From Trichoplax adhaerens (lineage: Eukaryota > Animalia > Placozoa), in contig NW_002060943.1 of the NCBI RefSeq assembly GCF_000150275.1, positions 10,324,209 through 10,388,208 on the forward strand: a stretch of 64,000 nt of DNA. The letters run 5' to 3'. The translations under genes and the position numbers were made by a program. The stretch's first letter is position 1, and every line of letters starts with the position of its first letter. Positions 1 to 14,800 of this stretch are shown here, one piece after another. The notes below the pieces were generated by a model that saw only the letters and a program-made list of their open reading frames with translations, searched no databases and was not told where the DNA came from.

Positions 1-635
1 TAATTATTATGTAATTAATACTTGCAATTCACAGATGGACCTACCTAATCAAACATTTGTAAACCTTATTCAATGCTATGTTTTAGTTCCAATACTTGCA
101 TATATTTAAAAGCGATAGGAACTTTACTAAATTTAATTAAACGAAATCGGGTTAGGTTAATTTTCGTCGAGATACAAGATCTGACGTTACCATAGTACTG
201 TAGGTGCATACCGTGCAATGCTCACTCATAAGAATAAGCTTAATGCGAGTATGTTTTGGTACGGGACATCTGTCATCGTGCATGGTATGTATATTCATAC
301 AGATAAAGAACATTCAAAGATTTCAATAGTCTCATGCGAGAAATACGCTTGTACGAGCAAATCATTATTTTTAAATCACTGCACAAGTGCATCCTTCACA
401 TATCAGCCGAGCGCCTGATCAATATTACAAAGATACATCACTGTAGATCACTCTTCAACAATAACAACGAATTTAATCAAATCATAACGTCGTCATTACT
501 GGCTCAACAACCCGCCGCTTATCGCTAACGATATGATCTCTCTATTCAAAAGATACGCTTTGGAGTGACTAGTAAACAACAGCATTTTATTTTTCATCTT
601 ATTATCTTACGGTATTATTTTAATCCAGATCTTAC

Positions 636-1827
636 TTTATGCTTTGTCAAGTAAATCACACTTTTTATGTTTTCGTCAGTGCATTCTTGTAAGGGTTGTA
701 AAAATTCAATCTTCTTTCGTCCAGCACAAATATACAGCCGGTCATGGCATAATACAATTATAACATCGCGCAATTCACACCCAAGAAGCCATGCCTGTAA
801 TGGTAAGTATGACGAAAAGAAAGGATATTAATTTCATTAGGAAAGCAACGATGTATCGTATACAGTGTATAGTAAAATAGCAATCCCATATTGTAATGAA
901 AGTTGACAAATTCGTATACTTCATAGCTTCAATGTACCGTAGAAGCACAGACAAAAAAAGATAAATCTGTATTGCTCGTAAATTGTCTAATGAACCTTTT
1001 TAGATAGTAAGAAGAAACAGAGAGTAAAAGAAGTCATAGAAACCCGCCAAATTTATCAGCAAGTGCAAATATGACATCAACTAAGTTCCATATAACTTCA
1101 TTATTCGTTATACGTACTGTAAGCTCGACTATGGTTAAGTACGCTCCAATTCCATATTATTTGTATAAAGTATGGAGACCATCCATATTCGTACTGAAAT
1201 AAAGGATGAGCTGATCTTTCGCAATTTGCGGTACTGTCTATCGCACTAATCAGGGGTGTATCACGCTAAATTGACTACATCGATTTATAAATTCCTTCGT
1301 AACTATCTGTAAGCTCGCACGTGCTGCACACTGTCCCTCATTTTGAATGTACGCCTACAGTTACCGTATTATTTCGGTAAGCAGGACGATCATTGCACAA
1401 CAGCACATGTTTTATGAGGTACTGTACAGTACGCAATCTCCTCGCGCAAGATTTTACACTAAGTAAAATGGATAGTTTATGAGCTGGTATTAAGATACCC
1501 CGCTAAATTAGTCTTTAACTAAAATTTTGTAAAACAAGAGGGATTACCTGAACAGCTATTGACTTAGCATAAATAATATTGTCATCGCTGCCAACAGAGA
1601 TGACTGTAGCATCCACTTCAGGCGTAGTCTCCTATTCCGAATAAAAATATATGTAACATTGCCCAATTTAGGATACTAGCCGATTTAATTGATAAAAATC
1701 GAAAGTCTAGAAATTAAAAATCATAGTATATCTGTAAAAGAAAATTCTGGTAACTCACTCTCCAACTATTATAGAAACTTTTTAATCTGCGACGAAAGAG
1801 TTCTAAATCCAACACTGGAAGCGCCAT
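636..1827 (-). CDS. SUPT16H: FACT complex subunit SPT16, 5' exons (gene expected to continue beyond the left edge)
   Basis: Exons 1759-1827, 1548-1631 and 636-794 (all GT-AG, phase 0) give MALPVLDLELFRRRLKSFYNSWR-ETTPEVDATVISVGSDDNIIYAKSIAVQ-AWLLGCELRDVIIVLCHDRLYICAGRKKIEFLQPL. This matches the Spt16 N-terminus (VDAIVVSVG..IVYAKSTALQTWLFGYEL..KKVEFL). Confidence 0.92.
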
Positions 1828-1884
1828 GTTACTGAGTATTCCGGCGCCAATTTTAAAAGGCATGCGCAGGGCTTAATGTACCTT

Positions 1885-3350
1885 GTACAATGTACTGTAC
1901 TGTACAGTATACAGTACAGTAGTAATGGTACGGTACTGTACGTAAAGTGGTAAAGTCATACAGTACAGTACAGTACTGAGCACACAGCACAGTGTGGACC
2001 ATGCTCTGGGATTAGACCTGACTGGGATACAGTATAATGTACTGTACACTGTACAGTACTGTACTGTACTGACTGTTTTTTTAGCAGAGGTGAAAAGTGT
2101 TTGGATCCGTTTTTTTACCCCTATGGTTTTTTTTAGTACAGTACAGTAAAATGTACATTATCGTTTTTCTGGCCGTTCTTATGGGCCTTTCTAATATTAT
2201 AGTCATAGAAATTCAATATGTCTTATTATTGGNNNNNNNNNNNNNNNNNNNNNNNNNNNNNNNNNNNNNNNNNNNNNNNNNNAGAAATTGTCTTCCTTTT
2301 TAACAGTTCAGTAAAAAAAAAAAAAAACCTCAATCTTACAGTACTGTACTGTACAGTGTGCAGTACTGTAGAAGTCCATTCTGGTAATGTACTGTAAATA
2401 ACGTACAGTACTGTACCGCACAGTAACTCTATTACAGCACTGGACAGTGTACACTGTACAGTACAGTATAATACAGGCTCATGCAGTACTGTATTGTACA
2501 GTACTGTTGATTCTCAGTTTCTCACCACTTTGAGTATGTTATTACGCTGCTAAAAGTTGAACTTTGGCCTTCTGGGTGTCGTGAAGATAGCTAGATGAAA
2601 CAGTATGATACCACAACATACTGTAGCTAATTTGTATTACTACTGTACAGTATAGCATATTACGATGTTATACTGTGCTAAGTTTGGGAATATTTCGCAT
2701 ATTACGATGTTATACAGTACTGCATGAGATGTTACAAAAATGACTACGAGACCATTTTAGATTATACAACGTACAGTACAGTAAGAACTCGTTGGACAGC
2801 TTGTGCTAAGTTTGGGAATATTTCGCGCGCAGAACTGTACTGTACAGTACAGTACGTACACAGTATACAGTACAGTACAGTATGTTGTTCGAGAGTAGTA
2901 CTGTACTGTACATACTGTACGAACCTTCAATACGATTGTTAGTATTAACTCTACAGTACTGTACCGTAGATAGTAATACTTAACACACTGTACTGTACAA
3001 CTGTACTACTGTACTGTAAATGGATCGGAACGAAACTTAAACTTCTGGCTCTGATGTACTGTACAGTGTACAGTACAGTAACTACAGTAATGTTAATGTA
3101 CTGTACAGTACTAACCACAAGTCAGTTGATAGTTTCTCTTTTTAATAATAAATTACTAAAGTAAGAATACGCCTTGCTGACAGTACTGTACTGTACTGTA
3201 CAGTACTGTATAGGTGTTACTAGCTACTATAAAAAAGGCATGCCACGATGAAACTAGAAACCAGTCTCTGGACTAAATCTTAAAAGGTACGGAAAGATTT
3301 AGTAGTCCATGCCAGTATACTGTACACTACACTGTACTGTAAAGTACTAG
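1885..3350. repeat. Degenerate CAGTA/TACTG pentamer array in the SPT16-RNF31 head-to-head promoter interval
   Basis: Dense runs such as gtactgtactgtacagtatacagtacagta throughout the interval; interrupted by an N gap. Confidence 0.9.
2233..2282. other. Assembly gap (N run)
   Basis: Run of n characters. Confidence 1.
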
Positions 3351-3455
3351 ATCAGATTCTAGATTCGATTTTATTTTGTCGTGTTTTGGGATCTAGTCGT
3401 TAACGCTGGTGGCTAAATTTTTTGAATGGTCTAGTTCTAATGTTCTATACAGTTT

Positions 3456-6400
3456 ATGATGTCGTCAACTTCGCCGCATCTACCTGATCTACGTCAGAAA
3501 CTCCTAAGCAAATGTGCTACAGGAAAATGTGATGCTGAGTCCTACGAATTCGCCAAGCAGTTACTCAATACAGAAGTTGATGTTTCGTATTTTATCGTCA
3601 ATTTAAAGCGTTACATCCGATTGAATCAGGTATACTATACGTAAACATCACGGCACTGAAGGCCATCGATACAAACAAATATAAGAGTAAAGTAATTCAT
3701 ACTACTGCATCCTGAATTAATCCTCATATACAGTGTAGCAAATTGGTTATACTCGTATGCTTAATCGCTTATATTATCCTAAGGTACAAGTAGAGTTTCA
3801 TATACAAAACAAGCTTCATAATTAAATCATACCGTATACATGGACTGTGTGTGCTACAGTTAGTCTTATTGCAAATCAGTGTAATGGTAGTATTCGGGTA
3901 TACCCGTATATACGGTAGTATGCATCGTTAACAGTCTCGTGCATCTCCATCATTTTCAAACTCAATAACAAAATAGATCGACAACAGCACTGATATTCTC
4001 TCTATATGACTCTATATTTACGGATAAGTGACATTTTTTTATTCTGGATAAGATTAGAAATTAAATTCAATTAAATTGAATTGGTCTAACAGATTTTTTT
4101 ACTATCTGCTCTTATAACAGCATCAAAACAACTTCTTGAATATCATGATAGTTGCCATGTACTTCTTATCAAAATACGCTTCTAATTTGCTAAATGCTGG
4201 CGATAACACTATCTGGAGAACAATCCACTTGTCTAATAAAGTGTTTCAAGAAAAAGTTTATCCTATGCATGGAGCAACGCAAATATTAAGTTTTATGGGT
4301 TACACGGAAAGTACTTCCGGTTCCATGAAATTTCCTTCAAATGTATTACTGCCTGATTATTCAAAAGTGGCGAAAATTTTAATGGATTTGATTGTAGGCA
4401 TGGTCGAATTAAAGCAATTAGTTGATTATCCGAATCCTGATCTACTAACAAATCAGGTATTAACGTATACTGTAGTATTATTGACACCTATTATGGATTT
4501 TGGATAGTAAAGCCAGTTCATGATACTCTATGGTAGTACTGAGTAATTTACTTGTTTATTAATAATAAAAATAATGTATAGGTGTACTTTATGATGTGTA
4601 GATTCGGCTTTAAATGTTATCACTGTTCATCCATTTCATAGCAATTTTACATACATATCGAGCCTTGATTACTACTAAATAACTTCGCGAAGTTTAATTT
4701 TAAGCTATTTCTTTTAATCAACTATTGATACTATATTACTACAAGATACAGCAGATTCAGATATCCTATTGTGATTAATTAAATTAAGTACTTTGATAAC
4801 GTCTGAGCGATGATGATGTACTGTAGCTTGCTATCTCGAGTCATGCACCTTATAGTAGGAATTAGTGATTTTTATATTTAGTTATAACGCGACATTGAAG
4901 GATATACCAGCATTTGTAACTCTAGATAGGCTTATATTTGCTCGTAGGCTAAAGTATAAAAATTGAATTCTAATAACATCCTGCAGAACAGATACATGCT
5001 CACATCTGCTGCATCAGCAAACACTAAAGTCTCACGAACAGCTCGAAAGTAGGAAAGATAAAGTGACTGTACAGTATTTATTTCATTTGGACGTCCGATA
5101 AATAGTTAATTAACTATAAAATTTAGTAGTAAATATTACACTATATTCTGACAATGAATGCATCCGCTATGGCATAAACTGTGTACTGTAGAATTTGTAA
5201 AGTTATGAAAACGATGTTAATTGGCACTTTTGCTTGTTTATCATTCTTTAGACAAAATCGAAAGAAAGTGTATCTGCCAATAAATCTAAAGAAGGTAACA
5301 CCTTTCACTTACCTCTTTCGACTAGAAATGTTGATAATATAGTTGCAACACGTTTAATAAATTAGTTTACAGTTAGTTCAAGGAAGCATTAATCAATAAA
5401 TGTATTTACTGGCATATAAACAGTAACTATAGATATTTCCTACTAATAATCTTCGGCGCTAATTCACTGAAAAAATTTATCTTTCTTTGTGCATGTATCC
5501 ACTGTCATGCTATTTAATAATTGCGCCCACAACTGATAGCATCACTTGAACGATACTCGCATTACTAGGCATTATTCAGTAAATCTGTTATATTCTAAAT
5601 TTTGCTGTACACCTGCAGGTGTACCAAATGAATCTCATCAAAATTCATCCGTTACACAAAAGAATCAATCTGTTGCGAGTACGCAATGTTTATCGAAGCC
5701 ACCTGTTTTAGCAACAGCTCAATCTATCCAGGTAAGATACTAAATCCAAGTAAATTGCGATATTTGAGATATTTTTAAATCAGCCTTGGAATCACTTAGG
5801 ATGATATAGCATAAACTGAGGAAACACAAGTTATAGCAACTTAAAAATTATAGCTAAATGTATCTGCTACATGCAGTATAGTTATACATACACTCAATTC
5901 TATTTTTATTCTACCTAGGATAAACTTATAATGGAAAAACTACGTGCTGCTTTTGTTGATCTTTTACACATGGATGAAAGAATTGATGTTGGCTTAAAAT
6001 TAATCAATTTCGGATATTCAGATGAAATTGCAATAACAGCCGCCAAGTCCTGCACTGATATACAAAGTGCACTAGATTTTTTAGACCGCCAATGTGTTAT
6101 TTGCTTTGATACATTTCCTGCGAATGAGGTAAATATTTTAAAATTTTATGCTCTCCTATTCTAGCCTGCTAACAATGCTAGCTTTATAAATATATCGAAT
6201 ACTTGCTTATTGAATAATCTTTGGCCTTTTAACTGCGTCAGTACGTAACATAATTATTAATGACTACTATTTGTTAACCAAAAATCCATCCTAAGCAGCC
6301 AACAAAGTAAAACAGGTTGCACAGTTGCGGATTAAGTTAATAGCTACAACGTGTGCGGCTTCCTTTACTATTTGGTTTCTTATTTTTCGGCTATTGATGA

Positions 6401-9400
6401 ACCATGCCGTATACATTCTTTCCGATTCTGACCCTATGACCAGTTTATGTTACCTTAAAATCCAGTGTTTTTCAGTAAAGAATGATAGTAGACCTGGCCA
6501 CAGTTATTTTCCATACTGTATGTATATTAGGTACCGACATAAGCAAAAATTATGTCATATACAGTATACTATTAAGTGCTAGCTTGTTTAATTTTATTTT
6601 AGACTGTAGCAAAGGTTTACTTATTAATAGATGAGAATTAAGTAATAAGCGTCTACCAATAAAAGGATACTAATTATAAACTCTGAGAATTGTATGCATT
6701 ACAACATTAGCTTTCATATTAGTTAATTAATACAATGCTGATTTACCATTTTCTCACCTAATCTTTTAATAGGTGCTAAATTTTTCTGTCTGCCGACACG
6801 AATTTTGCAAAGATTGTTTATCGAAATTTATTGAATCTACGGTTAAAGAGAATAGTATCTTAAAGCTTAATTGCCCAGTATGCCAAATGCCAGATCTATC
6901 TATGGCTTCAGGAGAATATTTTAGCGTAGTTGACCAAATGGTGAGACACGATACGCTTGATATTAAATACATAAATACAGTAACAATACGTAGGAGATTT
7001 ATTTGCCTTATTAAGTTTCTCTTATTCTGATACTGTAATGGGTTTTATGTAGGTTCGAAATCTGGTTAAAGATGGATATCTAGCGAAAGAAATATATGAA
7101 TTATACGATATGAAGCTTAGAGATTATAATCTACATCAAGATCCACTATTTTTATGGTGTCCTCACGTACGTTCGTTACTATAATATTCATTATCTTTTT
7201 AATTTATTATAATATACTTATAAGAATTTCATACCTCTTCTAATAAAAAAGCAGTTATTAAAGTTGCATATGCTGTGTGATTATCATTAGATTTTTTGGC
7301 GACATAGAATATAAAATTCCCTAGCGATCGTTAACTTACTATTAATATATTGTGGCCTTAATCTACCGTTTTATTACTAATAATTGGTATTTTTATACAT
7401 AATTTGCTTGTTTGGTTTATGTACATGAAAAGCAATTAGATGACCACTTAAGTAGAGTTAATTTCGAAATGAAGCTTAAATATGTGAAAGCTACTCGAAT
7501 CTAATCTATATAAAATATCAACTTTGGAAATCTATGAATTTAGTGCTAGTCCGAGCTAATAATAGAAATTGCTTAATTTTGTAACAGTGCTCGAATGGTT
7601 TTGAGAGAGATCCCTTTTCTCCACTTAAAGTTCAATGTAATTTGTGTCTCAAATTTACATGTTATAAATGCCGTATCAAGGTTGGAGAACTTATTTTAAG
7701 CTCTATGTCAACTTTATAATGTATTTGCTGTATATCTTATGTAAAGATCCTGTAATCGACGTAACTTTATTAGAGTTAACGTTTAACATTTACGCCTAGT
7801 TGTAGACTGAATACAAGTAACATCTTTTATCTGAAGGGTACAGTACATAAATATTATTAGCACGCAGTTAAGTAATGTTACTGCAGTAGTGAAACTGTGA
7901 GAGTATTATACTTCGATTAAATGATTTAGTATAGAGTTCCTTCATTATTAGTATATAAAATATTGCACTAGTTTGAATAGATATAACAATGTTGATAAGT
8001 TCTGTAATAAAAATTAATCTAGTGGAATAAACTACATGATGACGTAAACTGCGAAGATTACCGGAAAAGGCTATCTGAAAAGAAGAATGAGGAAGAGCTT
8101 CTATCCATTTTGAATGATCTAGAGAAAACTGGATTGCGTACGTCTATAAATCGTATTTGTAATTTATTGATGTCCTACGTTAATATTAATATAATTAGTA
8201 TACTTTAACAATTAAATTTTTAAATTTCCGTTGATACGTTATCAATATTATAATATTGTTACCATCATTTCTAAGAATTAGCCATTCTGTAGGAATGTCT
8301 GTCAATTCGGTCATTCCTTAGATTAACATTAACCACATCAATGGAATGAGTTCACCTAGTATACAGTATATTAGCTAATTTCTTGTACTAAATTGGTATA
8401 AAAGATGGTTGTAAATTAAAATTTATTATTAATTATGATGCTATTTGTAATTTCATACAAATTCAGAATGTCCTTCTTGTAACTGTAAATTTGAGCATGC
8501 CAAAGGTGGTTGTATGCATATGACATGCTCAAATTGTACGTTTCAGTTCTGTTGCGGATGTGAGCATCAATTTTATGAAAATTCGAAGGTATGGACTGTT
8601 ATGTTAACTAATTTTTTATTGATCTATCTATGAATAATATATTTTTAATGTGAACATGTGTCCTTGTAAGTAATCGATACGTGATCGGTGGTTATTTTTA
8701 CTTATAAGTATGTAGAAGTTAGAATAGTAATAATCACAATAAAAATTTTATTTTATTAATTATTGGTACTACATATATTCAGCAGTATACCGCACATTAT
8801 GTATCTCATAGAGCAAATCATTTTTTTGTTACTGTGTTTGCAAGCACAACGTGTGATATTATTTATTATATGTTGCACTAATATTAATATATTTCGATAA
8901 TTGATTGATATTTAGAATGTGTCAACTTTTAAAATCTTCTTGATTTGTATCCTTAAAAATTAGTCGTGCCAATTTCTGAACTGTCGTATAGATGGATTAC
9001 ATGCCCACCATCCGCGTAATTGCCTGTACTATTTACGTGATTGGAGTGTTGATCGATTACAAAAGTTGCTAAGGGAAAATAACAAAGAATTTGATACTTC
9101 AATGCCATCTGATCACGACGGTATTATAAAATGCAGATAACATAACTTAAACACAGCATTTCTTATACTTTATAGTAATGTATTGTTCACTTACTATCGC
9201 TTTTTTCTGTAATGCAACAAGACTCGAACAAAGTAGTTATGATATCGTAATGGCAATCTATGCCTTAGCGCTTTATAATTATGTGTAATGCCATACACTA
9301 ATATAGCACATTTAAAGCTGTATCTAATCCACAGTTGGACTTATGGCTTATATAGGCAGATGTCATATTATAGAATTGAAAGAAAAAGAAGATAGTGCTA

Positions 9401-10224
9401 CGATTGAAACGGAAGAGAGAGAGTGTAATCGGGAAGCTCCAGTAGGATATCGAGGTGTTTGCATGTAAGTTTTCTGACTGTGCATATTCGTGATACGAGT
9501 GAATTTATGGTAAAATATTCGTATAAATTTTGATGAAACATCCTCACTGTATGTTATGTAAATCCCACAATATTATATTAGAATTAATTTTTCGAAAAAT
9601 ATAGATATAGATAATATACTTTGATAATTACTTTATCTGTATCTGTAAAATTAGTTGTTTACTGCATTTTATAATTAAATTTATTATCGATATTATTGAT
9701 AGCTGTGTGCTAATAAATAAATATATAATCGGAATGATTTTTTGAAAAGCTGTATTTATTTTTCTACATTCAATTTTATGTACAATAAGTATTACCATTA
9801 TCATGTATAGCGAAATTATTGTTTTCTTTTTTTAACATTATGGCACTACCCATCTTTTAGGAAGCATTTTAAAGAATATTTGGTTGAGTTGATTCGTCTT
9901 TACCAGTTGGACCCCGCGGATTTGTATGACATAAATGAATTGATAACAACTCTTTCAAGATATGGAATTTCTTACCCATCCGAAAGCAACGATAAGAAAG
10001 ATTACATGGAAAAATTGCGAATGGTATGTTATAGGATGGCCGTGGCCATAATTAAATCTTGCCTGAAAGTTTTTTACGTTGCATAAGAATTCCAATTTGC
10101 TAATCTATGTTTTTGATATCCTTTTTGATGGATATTCTTACTATTTACAATTAAAAACATCTATATTGTTATCATCTAATAGATAATAAGAAAAGACCTT
10201 GCGCTATCAGCAGTGAAGAAATGA
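3456..10224 (+). CDS. RNF31: HOIP/RNF31-like RBR E3 ligase (PUB-UBA-RING1-IBR-RING2-LDD), about 15 exons
   Basis: PUB exon 4121-4456 (KYASNLL..WRTIHLSNKVFQEKV..GATQILSFMGY). UBA-like plus RING1 from 5919 (CVICFD..CRHEFCKDC..CPVC). IBR (WCPHCSNGF..CNLC..CYKC..H..C). RING2 at 8467-8588 (CPSC..KGGCMHMTCSNCTFQFCCGC, catalytic Cys codon 8511-8513). LDD (GLHAHHPRNCLYYLRDW; KHFKEYLVELIR). Stop TGA at 10222-10224. Confidence 0.93.
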
Positions 10225-11893
10225 CAGCGAAATCATGCTTGAAATACTTCGAATCGAGTTATAGGGATATGCCTTGGTTGTAATGTACAATAATGAATTG
10301 ATAGTCATTGTGTAAATGTTTCGATTACAGTACTTGAATCCGGTTTTATCATCAGCATCTTACATAGACGTAAAGCAAGGTGATAGCGTATACACATGCT
10401 AATTGTAACAATTTCATATCCATAGCATAAGATGATTTAATAGTAATCATACCTATATGGAGACATATTATATAGTCTAAATTTCGTAATCGTTACATAC
10501 TGTAAATGTTTGAAGCAAAAATAATAATATCTTATATCTAGAATGATGTATTTGTATATTTTTCTACGTGCTATTTAAAAATTGCTAGAAATATTTGTTA
10601 ACACATTTTCAAAATGTACTAAAACCTAACTCAAGGTTGCTATATCGACTATTCTGAGCTAATACATAGATAAATGACCCCATGGTAGATATGCTGTTAA
10701 ATAGCGATCACGTGTACCAGATGATCCTTTTTTTTCTTGAATTGGTAATATGTTTTGCATAACCACTATACGGTGTACGCAGTATATTTGTTCTATATAT
10801 TAGCAGCAATGCATCATGATGTTAACTGATTCTATTACGAAGCGTATTCCAGGGAATAAAATTTCTTATCCGTTTTAAAATATGTGTTACTAATACCATT
10901 GGAGGTAAGTTTAAATTATCTAGCCTTTTATGCCAAAGAGCCAGCAAAAATAGAAGATTTTTCTATTACAAATATCAAAAGGCATAAAATGCTATCAAAT
11001 TTACTTTTAAAATTACATCAGCTGCATTTGATTAGATTATACTCGGATATAGCAACTAGAGACATAAAAAAAACAAATTTGATATTCCTTAACGATCTAA
11101 GTAGTTCCATAGGAGTAGATCTTTTATTTATGACCATATTGATTTATAATAATTTAATAATACATGATGACAAAATTACAATTCTTTATTATTTGGCTCA
11201 TTAATAATTATAATGTACAAATGATGAAATTGCGACAAAATGAAGAAAATAGTACACTATATAACAAATTTTTAAAAATTAACCTTATTAAGGCTACATC
11301 TTGCTTAAAATGAAATAATTTTTGCATAAAATTCAGATATTAAAATCAAGAACTCTAACCCAAAGCGCACTAAAAAAATGCGTGTATCTACTGAGAGGAT
11401 ATTAATTAGCTTTTATATATCGAAAGTAGAATGTGTTCTTTCTACATTACTAGAAAAATCCAGACATAATGAATCATCACACTATACGTATTCTAACTTG
11501 TAGCAGTCAAATGTAATGCAGCAGTAGAGTATCAATTAAGGATAATAAATATTCTCATTGTTAATACTCGTTTATACAGATTTAAATATAATTAATACAG
11601 TAACTACAATATGTAATAGTACAGTAGCACGAGCGCGATAAATATAACATAGTATTTAACAATGGTGCATTAATGGTGCATTACTTGTAAGCAGCGCGTT
11701 AGTTGTAATTATTTCGAAAATGGTCTACTACAATTATGTATTCAATCTCTTCGGTTATTTTAATGTTTAATAAGCAATTCAAGTATCCATATATTAAGGG
11801 AAAATCAAGATACACTAAGAATATTTCCAACTCTTGTTATCTTACATTTTATCGTATTTACATCAAGTATTAATGAAAGTTATGACTAAGATC

Positions 11894-14800
11894 TTAGTCA
11901 GATACTCCAGGCTTTGTGAGTTTTGCGCAAAGTCCGTTGGAATTCAATGAAAAATATTGAACTAAATCATCCAAAGAAATAAATTCAATATATTTACGAG
12001 CAATAATTAGGCTATCCTGTTGCAATTCTGGCAATCGAAAGTGAAGAATGTCATCATTTTCTTTCACTGATAAGGCAAATTCTCCCTTATAACTTTCACT
12101 CTTTCTAATCAAAAATAGATTGCATCCATCTACACTTTCCGATAGCAGTAATTTTTCAGCATCAGCTCTTTTCATCTCTCCATAATAGTATCTGAAATTA
12201 ATAATTTGTAATATTAGCCGCATAACCACGACTGTCCCAGTATGTGACAGCGCTATATGACATAATACGTAGGTTACGGTAGATATATTATAACAGCGTG
12301 TAATATTACGGACTCATAGAAAACAAGGGCTTCTTGTAGTCTGCTATTGCGATTGTATAGGATACTACAGGTATGATATCTTTTTTCACGTAAGAACTAC
12401 ACGATAAAGTCTATTATAAATTCTTTACCAGGTAGGTTAGGACACAGAAACCAATATTTATACTTAACCTTAATGAAGACTATATCTAAAAAAGTATTCT
12501 CATTAGACTGGTCAATGACTACCATAATGGGAGTAACCAATAAGTATTCACGCAGCACGTATGAGCTGTTATTGTAATTGAATTACGAGCAATTTGATGA
12601 TACGAGCATAGAATTTAATTTTTTACTCACGGTTGGAACAGAAGATCATTTATTGTTAGATCATCATCGACATCATTATTCTTAAATTGTGATACTTGAC
12701 GTTTGATCCTTTCCTTGCCACTTGAATCAACGCACGGTTTAAGTCCATTATTGTCGTCCACGTAGTAAGTTACTAGCGATAATAATGACGGAAACGTAAC
12801 CCTTACACTAATTAAAAAGTGGCCAGAACACAAGCGACGAATTAAATAATGGCAAATTCGCTTTCCATCTTTAACAGATAGACTAAAATCACCAAGGTAT
12901 GTGTCACTTGGACGAACAGCAAATGAACCTTGCTGATTAACTTTTTTATATAACATTTTATCAATATCTCCTCGTGAAAGGCCTGTAAAGAACCATCTAG
13001 ATTTTCAATCGAGCAAAAAGAAGTTAGAGCTTACAATCCTTGTAATATGTAATTAGTCAAGTTACAGTATAATCGTCGTCATATAATTATGAATCAATAT
13101 CTAGCAATATAAACGTAAGTAAAATAAAATTTCTAAGAACTAAATTGAATCGTAAAAGTTTTCTTTGTTACTCGTGATACTGATGAAAACATTGATGTTG
13201 GTCATTAATCATATCCCATATATATTGCTATTTGATAAGTCAGGTCAATGATGGTGGTACTAGAAAAGGCGTCCATGCAGTGTTCAATACTTTATCGCTT
13301 TTAGGTTATAGGATAAGTAAAAAATGAATTAGTAACGCCCCAAAAATGACAATACAGTCCTAATTTTTCTGCAACACATACTGTACAGTGTACACTGTGT
13401 ACAGTATGATGCGTTCTGCATCGCCAGTATTGTAATCCGTCGAAAAAATACAATAATAACCAGTAAGAATAGTGAAATTTAATGCGATGTAAACATTATT
13501 CACTAAAGTCGTGGATGTTTACTACTGTTTACTTATATTTATATATATACGAGTATATTGGTTCACTATTACAGTACTGCATCAACAATAATGTTACGGC
13601 ATACTGTACACAGTACAGTGTACGGTATATGTCAATGCTTGTATACGATGTCTAAACATACAAGTCTCAGATATTATTCAACATAAGGTACTTTGTACCA
13701 GTAACGTAAGGAGAACTACTTTTTCTTTAAACGAGCTATATAAGTTTGGGGATAAATATGAAATTAATTTGCCAATAGAGCCTATGCCCTAATTCACCTA
13801 CGTAATAATATACTGTAGATACTGTAGAGCATAATGAAAAAAGATTAAATGGGAGGGCAAAATATGATACCCATCAAATTGATCCTGATAATCATATACG
13901 TATAATGAAGCCATATCTGGCTGAAAGATTTGTAATTCGTATTATCATATTACTATTACAATTGAAAACTTTAAAATGTGCGAGACATCACAGACTGCGA
14001 TAGAATACCGTATTTACAAAACTATAAAAGTGATTATGAAGAGTTTCTTATTGCACTAGTGTATATATAGCGATGATACGTACAGTATAAGTCTTTCGAC
14101 AAAATTTAGAGTTTTTCATATGGATGATCGCAATTAAATTCAGACTAGAATCATAAATCCGTGAATAAACCGTACAAATGGACAAATACAATAGATATTA
14201 ACATTTTTGAAGTTTGGGTAGTACATTAAGTACTGTATGTTAAGATAAAAATTTTTTGCCAGATAAAAGCAAAACAATCAGGACAAGTTTGTAATAGAAC
14301 AATCTAGGTTAGATGTAAGTTTTATATCGATAATTGCTGGAATGAAAATCACCCGTGTTATCACTGTACGAGCGTCGTACAGTACTTACTGTACTGTACA
14401 CAGTACGTATAATGGGCCTACGGTAATTTGCGAGCACATAAAATATTTTGGATAAGATTATACACGTAAATTATTGCGTTGCTGTGTTTGTAACCACATT
14501 ACTTTAGCCATCATTTCTTTTTCTTTTTTAAATTCTTTACATTACAATTAAGTGTCTATATTATTAAAACACATTAGGGCTATCGCGAGTCGATTGTAAT
14601 CATATATCATATACGCGTATATATATATATATTCGTCCAGTTAGCAACATTACTATCGAATCATAAACTTTCTAATAAGATCAAGTCTTTCTGATGAGAG
14701 TATCTAAGTTGATATACAAGTATACTTATCATGTACGAGTGCAGGATCAAGCAATGGCATACTGTACATTAAAACTACTAACGACCCATCATTGATTATT

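Noticed and set aside
2724-2942. ORFs rich in Y/C/T/V/S/L here and at 15887-16096, 49169-49375, 50156-50344 and 56337-56583
   Set aside because: They are translations of the CAGTA/TACTG repeat (YCTVLYCTV), not proteins.
1885-3350. Repeat arrays as CRISPR or transposon ends
   Set aside because: No constant repeat-spacer structure, no TIR/TSD or transposase; eukaryotic context.
8947-8963. gtatccttaa in an RNF31 intron, resembling U12-type signals
   Set aside because: The intron donor (gtatgg at 8589) is U2-type; there is no U12 5' splice-site consensus.
10884-11204. 106-aa plus-strand ORF
   Set aside because: GTG start, AT-rich composition, no domain; it lies in a convergent 3' interval.
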